Assembly (NCBI GenBank): GCA_040772005.1
Contig: JAXGYZ010000002.1
Coordinates: forward strand, 1-64,000
Direction of reading: 5' to 3'
DNA: 64,000 nt
DNA from: Anaerolineae bacterium
GTDB taxonomy: Bacteria; Chloroflexota; Anaerolineae; CG2-30-64-16
The notes under the pieces are model-generated. The model did not search any database. It saw only the letters and a program-made list of their open reading frames with translations, and was not told the origin of the DNA. The translations under genes and the position numbers were made by a program. Below are positions 54,199 to 63,960 of the stretch, piece after piece. How positions within the stretch are numbered: the stretch's first letter is position 1; each line of letters opens with the position of its first letter.

Positions 54199-54561
54199 AT
54201 GGAGGAACAGACTCTGGAAGGTCACGAACTCGCACACGCCATCGTCGGCAAACTGGAAGAACACCAGGCCTCTGACATTGTCATGTTGGACCTGCGCGAG
54301 CTGACGCCGATTGCGGATTACTTCGTCATCTGCTCGGCGGATTCCGAACGCCAGGCACGCACGCTACAAGAGATCCTGCGCACCGAACTCCGAGAAGAGC
54401 ACAAGGAGCGGCCGCTCTCCACCGAAGGGGAGCCGGCCTCCGGCTGGGTGCTGCTGGACTACAACACGGTCGTGGTGCACATCTTCTCGCACGAGGGACG
54501 GGCATTCTACCGGCTGGCAGAACGCTGGAAGGACGCGCCCGTGGTGCTTAAAATTCAGTGA
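54199..54561 (+). CDS. rsfS: Ribosome silencing factor RsfS (Iojap)
   Basis: IVMLDLRELTPIADYFVICSADSERQARTLQEIL...GWVLLDYNTVVVHIFSHEGRAFY. Confidence 0.85.
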   Translation: MEEQTLEGHELAHAIVGKLEEHQASDIVMLDLRELTPIADYFVICSADSERQARTLQEILRTELREEHKERPLSTEGEPASGWVLLDYNTVVVHIFSHEGRAFYRLAERWKDAPVVLKIQ

Positions 54562-54567
54562 TGAGAA

Positions 54568-54653
54568 ACGAGTAAGGAGTAACGAGTAATAGACGTCAGC
54601 CAACCTCGTCTTACTCATTACTCTTTACTCGTTACTGATCATTCCTTACTCGA
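54568..54653. repeat. Inverted heptamer-repeat array, copy 2: (ACGAGTAA/GGAGTAA)x3, then spacer with AGACG/CGTCT hairpin, then (TTACTCN)x5
   Basis: Same heptamer family as 16233-16309 with opposite arm order. It overlaps the last codons and stop of ndk. Confidence 0.8.
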
Positions 54654-55095
54654 AGATCCACCCGTCCACGGCGCGGCCGTAGTCGATCAATTCTTCCGGC
54701 TTGAACCACATCCCGATTTCGCTGGCGGCCGTCTCCGGCCCGTCTGAGCCGTGGACGAGGTTGCGCCCCATCTCGAGGCTGAAGTCTGCGCGGATGGTGC
54801 CGGCCGCGGCCTTCGCGGGATTCGTGGCCCCCATTGTCGCGCGCGCGACCTCGATGGCATTTGTCCCCTCGAGCACCAGCGCGACCACCGGGCCGCTGGT
54901 GATATACTTGATGAGTCCCTCAAAAAATGGCTTGCCCACGTGCACCGCATAGTGCTGGTGCGCAAACTCGGTGCTGACATGCACCATCTTCAGCGCGACA
55001 ATCTTCAGCCCGCGGCGCTCGAAGCGGTTGATGATCTCGCCGGCCAGCCCGCGCTGCACCGCGTCGGGTTTGAGCATGACAAACGTGCGTTCCAC
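54646..55095 (-). CDS. ndk: Nucleoside diphosphate kinase
   Basis: MERTFVMLKPDAVQRGLAGEIINRFE...NLVHGSDGPETAASEI. The active-site His is in the NxxHGSD motif. Confidence 0.9.
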   Translation of the reverse strand: MERTFVMLKPDAVQRGLAGEIINRFERRGLKIVALKMVHVSTEFAHQHYAVHVGKPFFEGLIKYITSGPVVALVLEGTNAIEVARATMGATNPAKAAAGTIRADFSLEMGRNLVHGSDGPETAASEIGMWFKPEELIDYGRAVDGWIFE

Positions 55096-55277
55096 TGAAC
55101 TCTCCTTCTAACAACAGGACCTTCAAGGTCTACATTGCCGAACAAAGAGTATAGCATCGGTGACGCGGTGCGCAAAAGGAAGACGTCAGGGTTGCTAACT
55201 GCCCTGGACAGGATTCACAGGATGAACAGGATTTCGGTTATGACGTTCGCCCATCCTGTTCATCCTGTAAATCCTGT

Positions 55278-56312
55278 CTAAAGCCCGTGCTCCTTGCGCA
55301 CCAGGTACAGCAGCCGGTCGACCGGCGTCTCGGCCCAGCCCGGCGCGCCTGCAGGGTCAGCGCCCGGCGCCGCATCGCGCAGCAGCGCGCGGCAGGTGTC
55401 CGCAACCCCGTGCGCGAGGATGGGCAGATTGTACCCGCCTTCCAGCACCACCATCAGCCGCCCGTCGCACAGCCGCTCCGCCAGGCTGACGACGCCCGTC
55501 GCAAGCTGCCAGTACCCGGCCAGCGATAGGTGCAGCCCGGCCAGCGGGTCCTTCCAGTGCGCATCGTAACCCGCGGATACAAGGATGAGCTCGGGCCGGA
55601 ACCGTTCGGCCAGCGGGACGACCGCCTCAGCGAACAGCCGCCGGAACCCGTCATCTCCGACGCCCGCAGACAGCGGCAGATTAGCGGTGTAGCCCCGGCC
55701 CGCACCGCTGCCCGTCTCGCGCCAGTCGCCCGTGCCGGGATAGTGCGGATACTGGTGGGTGGAGATGAACATGACCTGCGGAGAGTCGTAGAAGATGTCC
55801 TGCGTGCCGTTGCCGTGGTGCACGTCCCAATCGAAAATGAGCACGCGTTCCAGACCGAATGCGTCGAGCGCAGCCTGCGCTGCGACCGCGATGTTATTGA
55901 AGATGCAGAAGCCCATGCCGCGGCTGCGCTCCGCATGGTGGCCGGGCGGACGAACGAGCGCAATGCCGTTGCGCACTTCCCCGCGCAGCACCGCGGCCGC
56001 CAGCTCCGCGGTCCCGCCCGCGGCCAGCCGCGCCGCCTCGTCCGTCCTGCCGACAAGGTAGGTGTCGGGGTCCAGGTAGCCGCCTCCGCGCGCGCTGATC
56101 TGGCGCACACGCGTGATGTGGGCCGGATCATGCACGCGACTGAGCAGGGCGTCGTCCGCCGGTTGCGCGGGGATGGGGTGCATCCGCGCCAGCAGACCGG
56201 CGGATGACAGTTCCGTCAGGATGGCTGTGAGCCGCGCGCTGCTCTCCGGATGACCGGTCAGGTCATGCTCCAGGAAAAGCGGGTCATAGACGTAGCCGGT
56301 CGCGTCCCCCAT
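55278..56312 (-). CDS. Histone deacetylase superfamily protein (AcuC/acetylpolyamine amidohydrolase-like)
   Basis: IFDWDVHHGNGTQDIFYDSPQVMFISTHQYPHYPGTG and the HDAC/arginase-fold metal ligands. Confidence 0.8.
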   Translation of the reverse strand: MGDATGYVYDPLFLEHDLTGHPESSARLTAILTELSSAGLLARMHPIPAQPADDALLSRVHDPAHITRVRQISARGGGYLDPDTYLVGRTDEAARLAAGGTAELAAAVLRGEVRNGIALVRPPGHHAERSRGMGFCIFNNIAVAAQAALDAFGLERVLIFDWDVHHGNGTQDIFYDSPQVMFISTHQYPHYPGTGDWRETGSGAGRGYTANLPLSAGVGDDGFRRLFAEAVVPLAERFRPELILVSAGYDAHWKDPLAGLHLSLAGYWQLATGVVSLAERLCDGRLMVVLEGGYNLPILAHGVADTCRALLRDAAPGADPAGAPGWAETPVDRLLYLVRKEHGL

Positions 56313-56313
56313 G

Positions 56314-56736
56314 CTACGGCTCAGGGCTGAAATACCACATCCACTTGCTCCCGCGCATCTCCTTGATAACGTGGCCGGTCGTCAGCACGCCCAGCGCACG
56401 CAGGCCCGCGTCGCCGTGTTCGCTGACGACCAGGTGTGAGATACCGCGCTCCGTCATAATGCGGACGGCCTCTGCGAGCGGCATTTCCGGCGGGATCGCG
56501 AGGACCTTTGGCCGCATGACCTCCCGCGCCCGGATGCCCTTGAGCTCCTGGCCGTAGAACTGCAGGACATCCATCTGGCTGATGGTGCCGAGGGCTTCCT
56601 CATCCGGGCCGGTCACGACAAGGACCTGGACATTAGTGTCCGCCATGATGCGCACGACTTCTTCCAGCGTCGTGCTGGGCGTGCAGCCGATGACGCCCTT
56701 GTGCATCACGGTTCCTACGAGGCAATCAGACGACAT
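56314..56736 (-). CDS. CBS-domain pair protein
   Basis: Two CBS repeats (VMHKGVIGCTPSTTLEEVVRIM... and ...REVMRPKVLAIPPEMPLAEAVRIMTERGISHLVV). Confidence 0.7.
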   Translation of the reverse strand: MSSDCLVGTVMHKGVIGCTPSTTLEEVVRIMADTNVQVLVVTGPDEEALGTISQMDVLQFYGQELKGIRAREVMRPKVLAIPPEMPLAEAVRIMTERGISHLVVSEHGDAGLRALGVLTTGHVIKEMRGSKWMWYFSPEP

Positions 56737-56850
56737 TGTCCACCTCCTGCCCAACCGCGCGTGGCGCGTCCACGACACCAGGCCACGCGACGGCTGCGAC
56801 ACAACTATCTTAGCAGAGCCGCAGGCAGTTGTAAAGGACTAGGGGACATC

Positions 56851-57026
56851 GGGGTGCATTTCAGGCTGGGGGCGAACGCGGCCAGCGCGCATACGCGAAT
56901 GGCGCTGCGGCGCTGGGCACGGATACACGAATATCCCGCCGCGGCGCACACGATTCGCGTATTCGTGGCGCGCCAGCGCATTCGTTTATCCGCGCTGGCC
57001 GCGCCCCCAACGTGAAACGCACCCGG
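56851..57026 (+). mobile_element. MITE-like element, copy 2 (about 176 bp), flanked by the 5-bp direct repeat ACATC
   Basis: The interior is nearly identical to 33960-34123, apart from an 8-bp duplication and a 3-bp indel. Both TIRs are present. ACATC is duplicated at 56846-56850 and 57027-57031. Confidence 0.8.
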
Positions 57027-57114
57027 ACATCAGCGAAGTACATCTTTGGTGGGCGGTTGCCCGGATTGTGCTACAATACGGCCCGACAATTGAGGGGTTG
57101 CTTGGAAAGGTGGG

Positions 57115-57190
57115 GAGTGGAGCGTCCTCAGACGCGGAACGGCTCCGACGTAGGCGTTCTCGTTCGTCCGCATTTGAGAATGCGGGCTCA
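57115..57190 (-). repeat. REP-like hairpin element, family A, copy 3, in reverse orientation (GGAGCGTCCTCAGACGCGGAAC...GTCCGCATTTGAGAATGCGGG)
   Basis: Reverse complement of the 3501-3552 element with a different internal spacer. It sits in the leader of the GreA-like gene. Confidence 0.7.
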
Positions 57191-57223
57191 CCTCTTCAAG
57201 CTGGTCCTGCGTGAGAGTGTAGC

Positions 57224-57694
57224 GTGGCTAACCCAACTACCCGCAAGTATGACCCGCCGCCAGGGATCGTGGCGCTCGGCACGCACGTGGAGGTCGAGCT
57301 GAGCACGGTCGAGGGCGACGTTGAGCGACTGGCCTTCGATATCGTGCCCGACGCGGCCGCAGACTTCGCTACGGGCTTCCTGGGCGCCAGCACACCGCTG
57401 GCCCGCGCCATCATGGGCCAGCCCGCCGGCATGGTCGTGCCTTATACGGCCGGCGACATCGCCCGGGCGACCATCCTGTCCGTGCGCCTGAGCGAGCGCG
57501 CCGCGGATGCAGACGCATCTGCCGCACGGAACGCGGCGACGCGCGAGGCTGTCGAGCGCGCCAAGACCGAGGACACCATCCGCCTGGCCCTGACTTTCAG
57601 CTCCAAATGGGGCGACTACGACCCCACCCCCCTCGAACCGAGCACGCAGAACGCAGAGGACGCCGATGAGCCAGATCACGATTCGTCTGGTTGA
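57224..57694 (+). CDS. GreA/GreB C-terminal-domain-like protein (Rnk/GreA family FKBP-fold)
   Basis: VALGTHVEVELSTVEGDVERLAFDIVPDAAADF...PLARAIMGQPAGMVVPY parallels the GreA C-terminal domain. Acidic tail. Confidence 0.5.
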   Translation: MANPTTRKYDPPPGIVALGTHVEVELSTVEGDVERLAFDIVPDAAADFATGFLGASTPLARAIMGQPAGMVVPYTAGDIARATILSVRLSERAADADASAARNAATREAVERAKTEDTIRLALTFSSKWGDYDPTPLEPSTQNAEDADEPDHDSSG

Positions 57695-58508
57695 CACCCC
57701 TGCAGGCATGGCACAGGTCGAACAGCTCCAGATGGCGGTCTGGCCGGGCGCCGACCTGGAGATCGTCCCCGTTCATGTGCTGCTGACGGCCGCTCATAAC
57801 GGGGGGCTGGTTGCGGGCGCCTTCGACGGCGACCAATGCGTCGGGTTCGTGTGGGGCTTTCCGGGCTTCGACGCGCGGGTGACGCCCCCGCGGCTCAAGC
57901 ACTGCTCACACCAGCTCGGCATCCATCCTGACTATCGCCTGTCCGGGCTGGGCTTTGCGCTCAAGCGGCGGCAGTGGGGCTTCGTGCGCGAGCAGGGCAT
58001 CGACCTCGCCACCTGGACCTATGACCCGCTGATGGCACGCAATGCGCGGCTCAACATCGGCAAGCTCGGCGCGGTGTGCAGCACCTACCGCCGCGACGAG
58101 TACGGTCCGCTGCGCGACGCGCTCAACGCCGGGCTGCCCACCGACCGCTTCCAGGTGGACTGGTGGCTGTCGTCGGGCCGCGTCACCGCGCGCATGCTCG
58201 GGCCCCAGCCGCCCACCCACAAGCTCGCAGACCTGCTCGCCGCCGGCGCTCGCCTGCTCAATCCTCCATCGCCGGACGGCACGCCGCAGCCGCCCGTGAC
58301 CGATCTCGCCGCCGCGTTGCCCGCTACCGTCCTGGTCGAGATTCCGCCGGACTTTCTCGCGCTCAAGGCGGGGGATGCCGGCCTCGCGCTGGCCTGGCGG
58401 CTCGGCACACGGGCCGCATTCGAGGGGCTGTTCGGCCAGGGTTACGCCGTGACCGACTTTCTGCGCGAGCAGAACCGCGCGCTGTATGTGCTGACCCGGG
58501 AGAGCTAA
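57666..58508 (+). CDS. Hypothetical protein, possibly an N-acyl/succinyl-transferase partner of the adjacent racemase-like gene
   Basis: 280-aa ORF overlapping the upstream stop by 29 bp. No firm motif. Context-only inference. Confidence 0.3.
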   Translation: MSQITIRLVDTPAGMAQVEQLQMAVWPGADLEIVPVHVLLTAAHNGGLVAGAFDGDQCVGFVWGFPGFDARVTPPRLKHCSHQLGIHPDYRLSGLGFALKRRQWGFVREQGIDLATWTYDPLMARNARLNIGKLGAVCSTYRRDEYGPLRDALNAGLPTDRFQVDWWLSSGRVTARMLGPQPPTHKLADLLAAGARLLNPPSPDGTPQPPVTDLAAALPATVLVEIPPDFLALKAGDAGLALAWRLGTRAAFEGLFGQGYAVTDFLREQNRALYVLTRES

Positions 58509-58509
58509 G

Positions 58510-59619
58510 ATGCACATAGACCACATCACCCTCCACCATCTGCGGATGCCGCTCGTGGCGCCGTTTGAGACCTCGTTTGGCCGCATCACGGAGCGCGAGG
58601 GCATCCTGATTGTCGTGCAGTCCGAGGGACTGACGGGCTACGGCGAGTGCGTGGCCGACCACGACCCCGGCTACGCGTATGAGACTGCGCTGACCGCGTG
58701 GCACATCCTGCGTGACTTCCTGGCGCCGGCCATCTTGGGGCAGACGGTCGCAGATCCGGCCGACTTCCAGCGCCGCGTCGCGCAGGTGCGCGGGCATCCG
58801 ATGGCGAAGGCCGGGCTGGAGATGGCACTGTGGGACCTGCAGGGGAAGCGCGAGGGCAAATCACTGGCCGAGTTACTGGGTGGCGTACGCCACCGCGTAG
58901 ACGTGGGCGTGTCGGTCGGGTTGCAGGCATCGCCCGCTGCGCTGACCGCACGGGTGGGCCGCTACCTGGCGGACGGCTACCGGCGCGTCAAGATCAAGAT
59001 CAAGCCGGGCCGCGACGTGGCCGATGCGCAAGCCGTGCGCCGGGCCTACCCCGGCCTCCGCCTGCAGGTAGATGCCAATTCGGCGTACACGCTGGAGACC
59101 GCCGCCACGCTGCAACCGCTCGATGACCTCGACCTCCTGCTGATCGAGCAGCCGCTCTCCGAGGATGACCTGTGGGATCACCGGCTTATCCAGGCGCGCT
59201 TCCGCACGCCCATCTGTCTGGACGAGAGCATCCTGTCCGCGCGCCACGCGCGGCAGGCATTGGAGATGGGGTCCTGCCGGGTCATCAACATCAAGGCGGG
59301 CCGCGTCGGGGGCCTGAGCGAGGCGGTGGCCATCCACGACCTCTGCAATAGGCAGGGAATCCCGGTCTGGTGCGGGGGGATGCTGGAGACGGGGGTAGGC
59401 CGGGCAAGCAATCTCGCGCTGGCAAGCCTGCCGGGGTTCAGGCTGCCCGGCGACATCTCAGCGTCCGACCGCTACTACGCGGAGGACATCACGCAGGAAC
59501 GCTTCACGCTCAACCCCGACAGCACAATCGACGTGCCCGCGGGCCCTGGCCTGGGCGTTACACTCGATCCCGCAGCCGTGGACCGCTACACCGTCACCCG
59601 CGAGGAAGTGACGGGATAA
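58510..59619 (+). CDS. Enolase-superfamily MR/MLE member: o-succinylbenzoate synthase / N-succinylamino-acid racemase-like
   Basis: KIKIKPG, LQVDANSAY, LIEQPL and the VINIKAGRVGG...CGGMLETG motifs of the MenC/NSAR subgroup. Confidence 0.7.
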   Translation: MHIDHITLHHLRMPLVAPFETSFGRITEREGILIVVQSEGLTGYGECVADHDPGYAYETALTAWHILRDFLAPAILGQTVADPADFQRRVAQVRGHPMAKAGLEMALWDLQGKREGKSLAELLGGVRHRVDVGVSVGLQASPAALTARVGRYLADGYRRVKIKIKPGRDVADAQAVRRAYPGLRLQVDANSAYTLETAATLQPLDDLDLLLIEQPLSEDDLWDHRLIQARFRTPICLDESILSARHARQALEMGSCRVINIKAGRVGGLSEAVAIHDLCNRQGIPVWCGGMLETGVGRASNLALASLPGFRLPGDISASDRYYAEDITQERFTLNPDSTIDVPAGPGLGVTLDPAAVDRYTVTREEVTG

Positions 59620-59636
59620 CTGTCGAGAGCAGAAAG

Positions 59637-59727
59637 AAATAGAACGCTGATGACGCTGATGATCATGATTTTTCTGGTATTTTAGTCCGTGTCAATCATG
59701 ATAATCAGCGTTCATCAGCGTTCTATT
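59637..59727. repeat. AT-rich 33-bp imperfect inverted repeat with a 25-nt loop, between convergent genes
   Basis: AAATAGAACGCTGATGACGCTGATGATCATGAT...ATCATGATAATCAGCGTTCATCAGCGTTCTATT. Conspicuously AT-rich for this genome. Confidence 0.6.
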
Positions 59728-61507
59728 AGTTGCTCGTCACTGCGAGCGGGCGGATGGCCTCCCATTGGTCCGCGATGCGGGTCTGCACCTGGTTCAGGTG
59801 ACGGTACAGGCCGTCGCGCGCCATCAGTTCGCGGTGCGTGCCCTGGTCCACGATCTGCTTACCCTCCAGCACGACAATCTGGTCCGCGTTACGGATGGTC
59901 GAGAGCCGGTGCGCGATGATAAGGGTCGTCCGGCCTACCATCAGTCGCTCCAGCGCCTGCTGGATGAGCAGCTCGGTCTCCGTGTCCACTGAGGACGTAG
60001 CCTCGTCGAGGATGAGGATGGGCGCGTCCTTCAGCACCGCACGAGCGATGGCGAGCCGCTGCTTCTGTCCGCCGGAGAGCTTCACGCCCCGCTCCCCGAT
60101 CAGCGTATTATAGCCGTCAGGCAGCCGCTCGATGAACTCAGCCGCGTTGGCGACCTCTGCCGCGCGCACCACTTCCGCCTCGGTGGCCTCCGGGTTGCCG
60201 AACAGGATGTTCTCGCGCACGGTCCCGTGGAACAGGAACACATCCTGCAGCACGATGCTGATCTGCTGGCGCAGGCTGCTCAGCTTGATGTCGCGCAGGT
60301 CATGGCCGTCCAGCGTGATGCGGCCCTGGCAGACATCGTAGAAGCGCGGGATGAGGCTGGCCAACGTGGTCTTGCCGACGCCCGTCGGCCCGACGAGCGC
60401 CACGACCGTGTTCGCCGGAACAGTCAGATTGATGTGCTCCAACACGGTCTCGCCTTGGCTGTAAGCGAAGGAGACATTCTCGAAGGCCAGCGCACCCGCC
60501 GCGCGCTCCTTCAGCGTGACGGCATGGCGTGTCTCATCCACCTCCGGCTGCTCCTTGAGCAGCTCCGCCACCCGGTCGCCGCCTGCGAGCGCCTCCTGGA
60601 TGGCCTCCCATGCCCCGCTCAACGCGCGCACGGGATTGTAGAACATCTCCAGATAGAGAAAGAACGCCACCAGGTCCGCAATCGGCAGGACCTGCTGGAA
60701 GGCCAGCTTGCCGCCGAAGTAGATTACGATGATGGTGCCCAGGGAGGAGGCAAAGTCCACGAACGGCTGGAAGGTCGCCATCAGGCGCAGCGCGTTCAGC
60801 ATGGAGTCCCGGTAGCTGTGGATGTGCTTGCGCACGCGCAGCGCCTCGCGTTCCTCCTGCGTGAAGGCCTTGATCTCACGGATGCCCGACAGATTGTCGT
60901 TGAGCGTTGCGTTGAGCTGGCCCAGCTCCTTCTGCCGCTCGCGGAATGCGGGCCGCACGTAGCGCGCAAAGCTGCGCATCGCGAGGATGACCAGCGGGAT
61001 GGGCACGAGGCTCAACAGCGCCAGCCGCCACTCCATGGCAAACAGCACCGCCGCGACGCCAACCAGCGTCAGCGCGTTGACCACCACATCCGGCACCGCA
61101 TGGGCGATAAGCCGCTCGAACATATCCGAGTCGTTGACCATGCGCGACATGAGCTGGCCGGTCTGCTTGTCCTCGTAGAAGCGCAGCGAGAGGCGCTGCA
61201 GATGCTCGTAAATCTGCTGGCGCACATCCGAGACGACGCCCCAGCCCGCGACGTGGGCCATGTAGGAGCGCACGAACTGCAACACCCCGCGCAGCACGTA
61301 GACCACGAGCAGGACAACCGCCAGCCGGGCGACGAGCGACTGTGACTCCGCATCCCAGACGCCGGCTTCCACCGCCGCGACGAGCGTGCGCACGATCCAC
61401 GGGCCGAGAAGCTGGACGCCCACCAGCGCAATCATGCTGAAGACGGTCAACACCAGCGCGAGCCGGTAACCGCGAGCCTTTTGAAAGACAAATAAGAGTG
61501 TACGCAT
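59726..61507 (-). CDS. ABC exporter, fused permease-ATPase (MsbA/multidrug type)
   Basis: Six-TM N-terminal domain. Walker A GPTGVGKTT, signature LSGGQKQRLAIARA, Walker B ILILDEATSSVD. Confidence 0.85.
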   Translation of the reverse strand: MRTLLFVFQKARGYRLALVLTVFSMIALVGVQLLGPWIVRTLVAAVEAGVWDAESQSLVARLAVVLLVVYVLRGVLQFVRSYMAHVAGWGVVSDVRQQIYEHLQRLSLRFYEDKQTGQLMSRMVNDSDMFERLIAHAVPDVVVNALTLVGVAAVLFAMEWRLALLSLVPIPLVILAMRSFARYVRPAFRERQKELGQLNATLNDNLSGIREIKAFTQEEREALRVRKHIHSYRDSMLNALRLMATFQPFVDFASSLGTIIVIYFGGKLAFQQVLPIADLVAFFLYLEMFYNPVRALSGAWEAIQEALAGGDRVAELLKEQPEVDETRHAVTLKERAAGALAFENVSFAYSQGETVLEHINLTVPANTVVALVGPTGVGKTTLASLIPRFYDVCQGRITLDGHDLRDIKLSSLRQQISIVLQDVFLFHGTVRENILFGNPEATEAEVVRAAEVANAAEFIERLPDGYNTLIGERGVKLSGGQKQRLAIARAVLKDAPILILDEATSSVDTETELLIQQALERLMVGRTTLIIAHRLSTIRNADQIVVLEGKQIVDQGTHRELMARDGLYRHLNQVQTRIADQWEAIRPLAVTSN

Positions 61508-61526
61508 GACGTGAATCCACTAACCT

Positions 61527-62576
61527 CTAGAATAGGTCCTCGAAGGGCACCGCCACCGGCGCATCCTCCGTGATGACGCGGCACAACATCCGCATCAGCG
61601 GCAGGTCGCGCGGGGTGATCTTGCCCTCCCGCTCCCAGGCGGGCAATACCTGGGCCATCTGCTTGATGATATACGCGCCTTCCAGCGTCTCGCCGGCCAT
61701 CTCCTGCACGGCCTCGGTGTAGGTGCGGCCGCTGCCGAGCAGGCGGCCGAGCCGGATCGTCCGCCCGCCGACGCAGGTCACATACTGGTCGCCCACGCCG
61801 GGCAGCCACGTAACGTTCGTCGTATCGCCGCCCAACAGTCCCACGATGCGCGTCATCTCGTGCGCGCTGGCGCCGAACAGGGCCGCGGCCAGGTTGAACA
61901 TCTGCGCGCCCGCCTCATCCGGCCCGGCCTCACGTTCGAGCAGTCCTGCGGCCATGCCGACCGAGACCGTATACGCGTTCTTGAGCGCCGCGCACACCTC
62001 AACCCCGATGACGTCGGTCGAGGTCCAGATATGGTAGTACGGCGTCGCAAAGGCGGCCTTGAGCCGCGCCAGCGCCTCCGCGTCGCGCGACGTGAAGACG
62101 ACGCACGACTGACGCCGCCCGGCCAGCTCGCCCGCGATGCACGGCCCGGCAATCGCAGCCAGCGCCACTCGGTCCCGGATGAGCGCAGGCAGCTCGCTGC
62201 GCAGCACATCCGGCAGGATGTGCGGCCGGCCCTCTGACGCAGCCTCCAGCCCTTTGGTCACCGCGATGACCGTCGCGCCCGGCCACAGCAGCGGGCCGAG
62301 CGTGCGCCCGATCCAGTGGACGCCGAGCGAATTGACCCCGCTCACGATGATGTCCGCGCCGTCGAGCGCCTCGGCCAACTGCTCCACAAAGTAAGGCGTC
62401 ACGCCCGCGGGCAGCGGGCGGCGCAGCCGGGGATGGAAGCCGCGCTCCAGGCAGGAGCGGATGATGTCCCCGTCCAGGTGCGTCCCGACAAGCCGGACGT
62501 GATGGCCGTTATCCGTGAGAGGCCAGGCCACTGCCGTGCCCATCAACCCCGCGCCGACGATCGTGACGTTTGCCAT
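61527..62576 (-). CDS. gpsA: NAD(P)H-dependent glycerol-3-phosphate dehydrogenase-like
   Basis: N-terminal Rossmann motif VTIVGAGLMGTAVAWPL and a C-terminal dehydrogenase domain. GpsA-like family assignment. Confidence 0.55.
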   Translation of the reverse strand: MANVTIVGAGLMGTAVAWPLTDNGHHVRLVGTHLDGDIIRSCLERGFHPRLRRPLPAGVTPYFVEQLAEALDGADIIVSGVNSLGVHWIGRTLGPLLWPGATVIAVTKGLEAASEGRPHILPDVLRSELPALIRDRVALAAIAGPCIAGELAGRRQSCVVFTSRDAEALARLKAAFATPYYHIWTSTDVIGVEVCAALKNAYTVSVGMAAGLLEREAGPDEAGAQMFNLAAALFGASAHEMTRIVGLLGGDTTNVTWLPGVGDQYVTCVGGRTIRLGRLLGSGRTYTEAVQEMAGETLEGAYIIKQMAQVLPAWEREGKITPRDLPLMRMLCRVITEDAPVAVPFEDLF

Positions 62577-62588
62577 ACGCTGATCCTT

Positions 62589-63830
62589 TCACCGGTTGCA
62601 GGCCTGCCCTGCAATCCTGCCTGTGACCCAGGCCCACAGAAAGTTATAACCCCCGATAGGGCCAAAAGCGTCGAGCACTTCGCCGCAGAGGTACAGCCCT
62701 CGCGCCATGCGGCTCTCCAGGGTGGCGGGATGGACCTCATCCAGCGCGACACCGCCGCCCGTGACCTCCGCCACCCGGTAACCCTCGTGACCGGACCACG
62801 GCAGCGCGTAGTGGGTGAGGGCTTCGACCAGTCGTCCCCGGTCCTCGCGGCGCAGTTGATCCGCCATGACCGCGTTCAGGTTCAGCTCGCCGAGCAGGAG
62901 GGCCATCAGGCGGTCGGGCAGTTGGCCGCGCGACCCGGCCCGCAACGTCGCGGCCAGTGAGCCGCGCGCGGTCCGCAGGCGCTCGTCCCATTCCGTCGCG
63001 GGCACGTCCGTCCACGCCACGCGCACCGCAGGCCGCGGCCCACCGACAAACGTCGACCGGATGGGGATGTGCGAGATGTTGAGCACTGCGGGTCCGCTGT
63101 AGCCGCGATGGGTGAACAGGAAGCCGCCCCGGCTGGATGCCAGCACGCGGCCGTCGCGCTCCGCCGTGACCGTCGCGGTCAACGAAAGGCCGGCCAGGGC
63201 CTTGTGCTCGGCGGACGAGGTCGTCAGCGGCGCGAGTGCGGGATATGTGGGCACGATGTGGTGGCCCAACGCTCGCGCCAGGTTAAGCCCCGTGCCGTCG
63301 CTGCCCATAGCAGGCACGGAAAGCCCGCCGGTCGCCAGAATCACGGCCGCGGCATGGAGCTGCGCCCCATCCTCCAGGCTAAGCCGCCAGCCATCGCCCG
63401 CTCGCTCCAACCCGACCAGCCGCGTGCCGGTCCGCAGCTCGACCTTCCGGTCATGCAGCGCGGCAAGCAGCGCATCGAGCACGGTGCGCGCCCTGTTACT
63501 CTCGGGGAAGAGCTTGCCCGTCTCATCCTCGAGGATGAGCGGCACGCCCAGGTCCTCCTGGAAGAACGACCGCACCCGCGGCAGCGGCCACGCCGCGAGG
63601 ATCTTCTTCACCGTATTGGGCGAGCCGTCGGTGTGGAAGTCCGTGTGCTTCGCCTGCGACGGCAGAACATTACAACGGCCGCCGCCGCTGATCAGGATCT
63701 TCTGGCCCGGCCGGTCGGAGCCCTCCAGCAGCAGAACGGGGCGCGGGCCTGCGGCGGCCCAGATAGCAGCCATCAGGCCGGCCGCGCCTGCGCCGACGAC
63801 AATGACCTGCTCCGTCTGCCGTCCCGTCAT
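62589..63830 (-). CDS. FAD-dependent flavoprotein of the HI0933/BaiN (aminoacetone oxidase-like) family
   Basis: VIVVGAGAAGLMAAIWAA...GGGRCN dinucleotide-binding motif. Start at MTGRQTEQ. Confidence 0.65.
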   Translation of the reverse strand: MTGRQTEQVIVVGAGAAGLMAAIWAAAGPRPVLLLEGSDRPGQKILISGGGRCNVLPSQAKHTDFHTDGSPNTVKKILAAWPLPRVRSFFQEDLGVPLILEDETGKLFPESNRARTVLDALLAALHDRKVELRTGTRLVGLERAGDGWRLSLEDGAQLHAAAVILATGGLSVPAMGSDGTGLNLARALGHHIVPTYPALAPLTTSSAEHKALAGLSLTATVTAERDGRVLASSRGGFLFTHRGYSGPAVLNISHIPIRSTFVGGPRPAVRVAWTDVPATEWDERLRTARGSLAATLRAGSRGQLPDRLMALLLGELNLNAVMADQLRREDRGRLVEALTHYALPWSGHEGYRVAEVTGGGVALDEVHPATLESRMARGLYLCGEVLDAFGPIGGYNFLWAWVTGRIAGQACNR

Positions 63831-63879
63831 GGGACTTATTGTACTCCGCCTGTGCAGATTGGGGAAGTTTGGTCGGTGG

Positions 63880-63960
63880 GAAGGTGCCTGGAGCACGTTT
63901 GGATCACGAAGGATGAAGGCGACGAAGCGCACGAAGCGCGAAGACCACGAAGTGCTGGCG
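63880..63960. repeat. Cluster of short CGAAG-containing repeats (CACGAAG/GCGAAG units) at the window edge
   Basis: CACGAAGGATGAAGGCGACGAAGCGCACGAAGCGCGAAGACCACGAAG. A similar CACGAAGGCGCGAAG occurs at 53566-53580. Confidence 0.5.
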
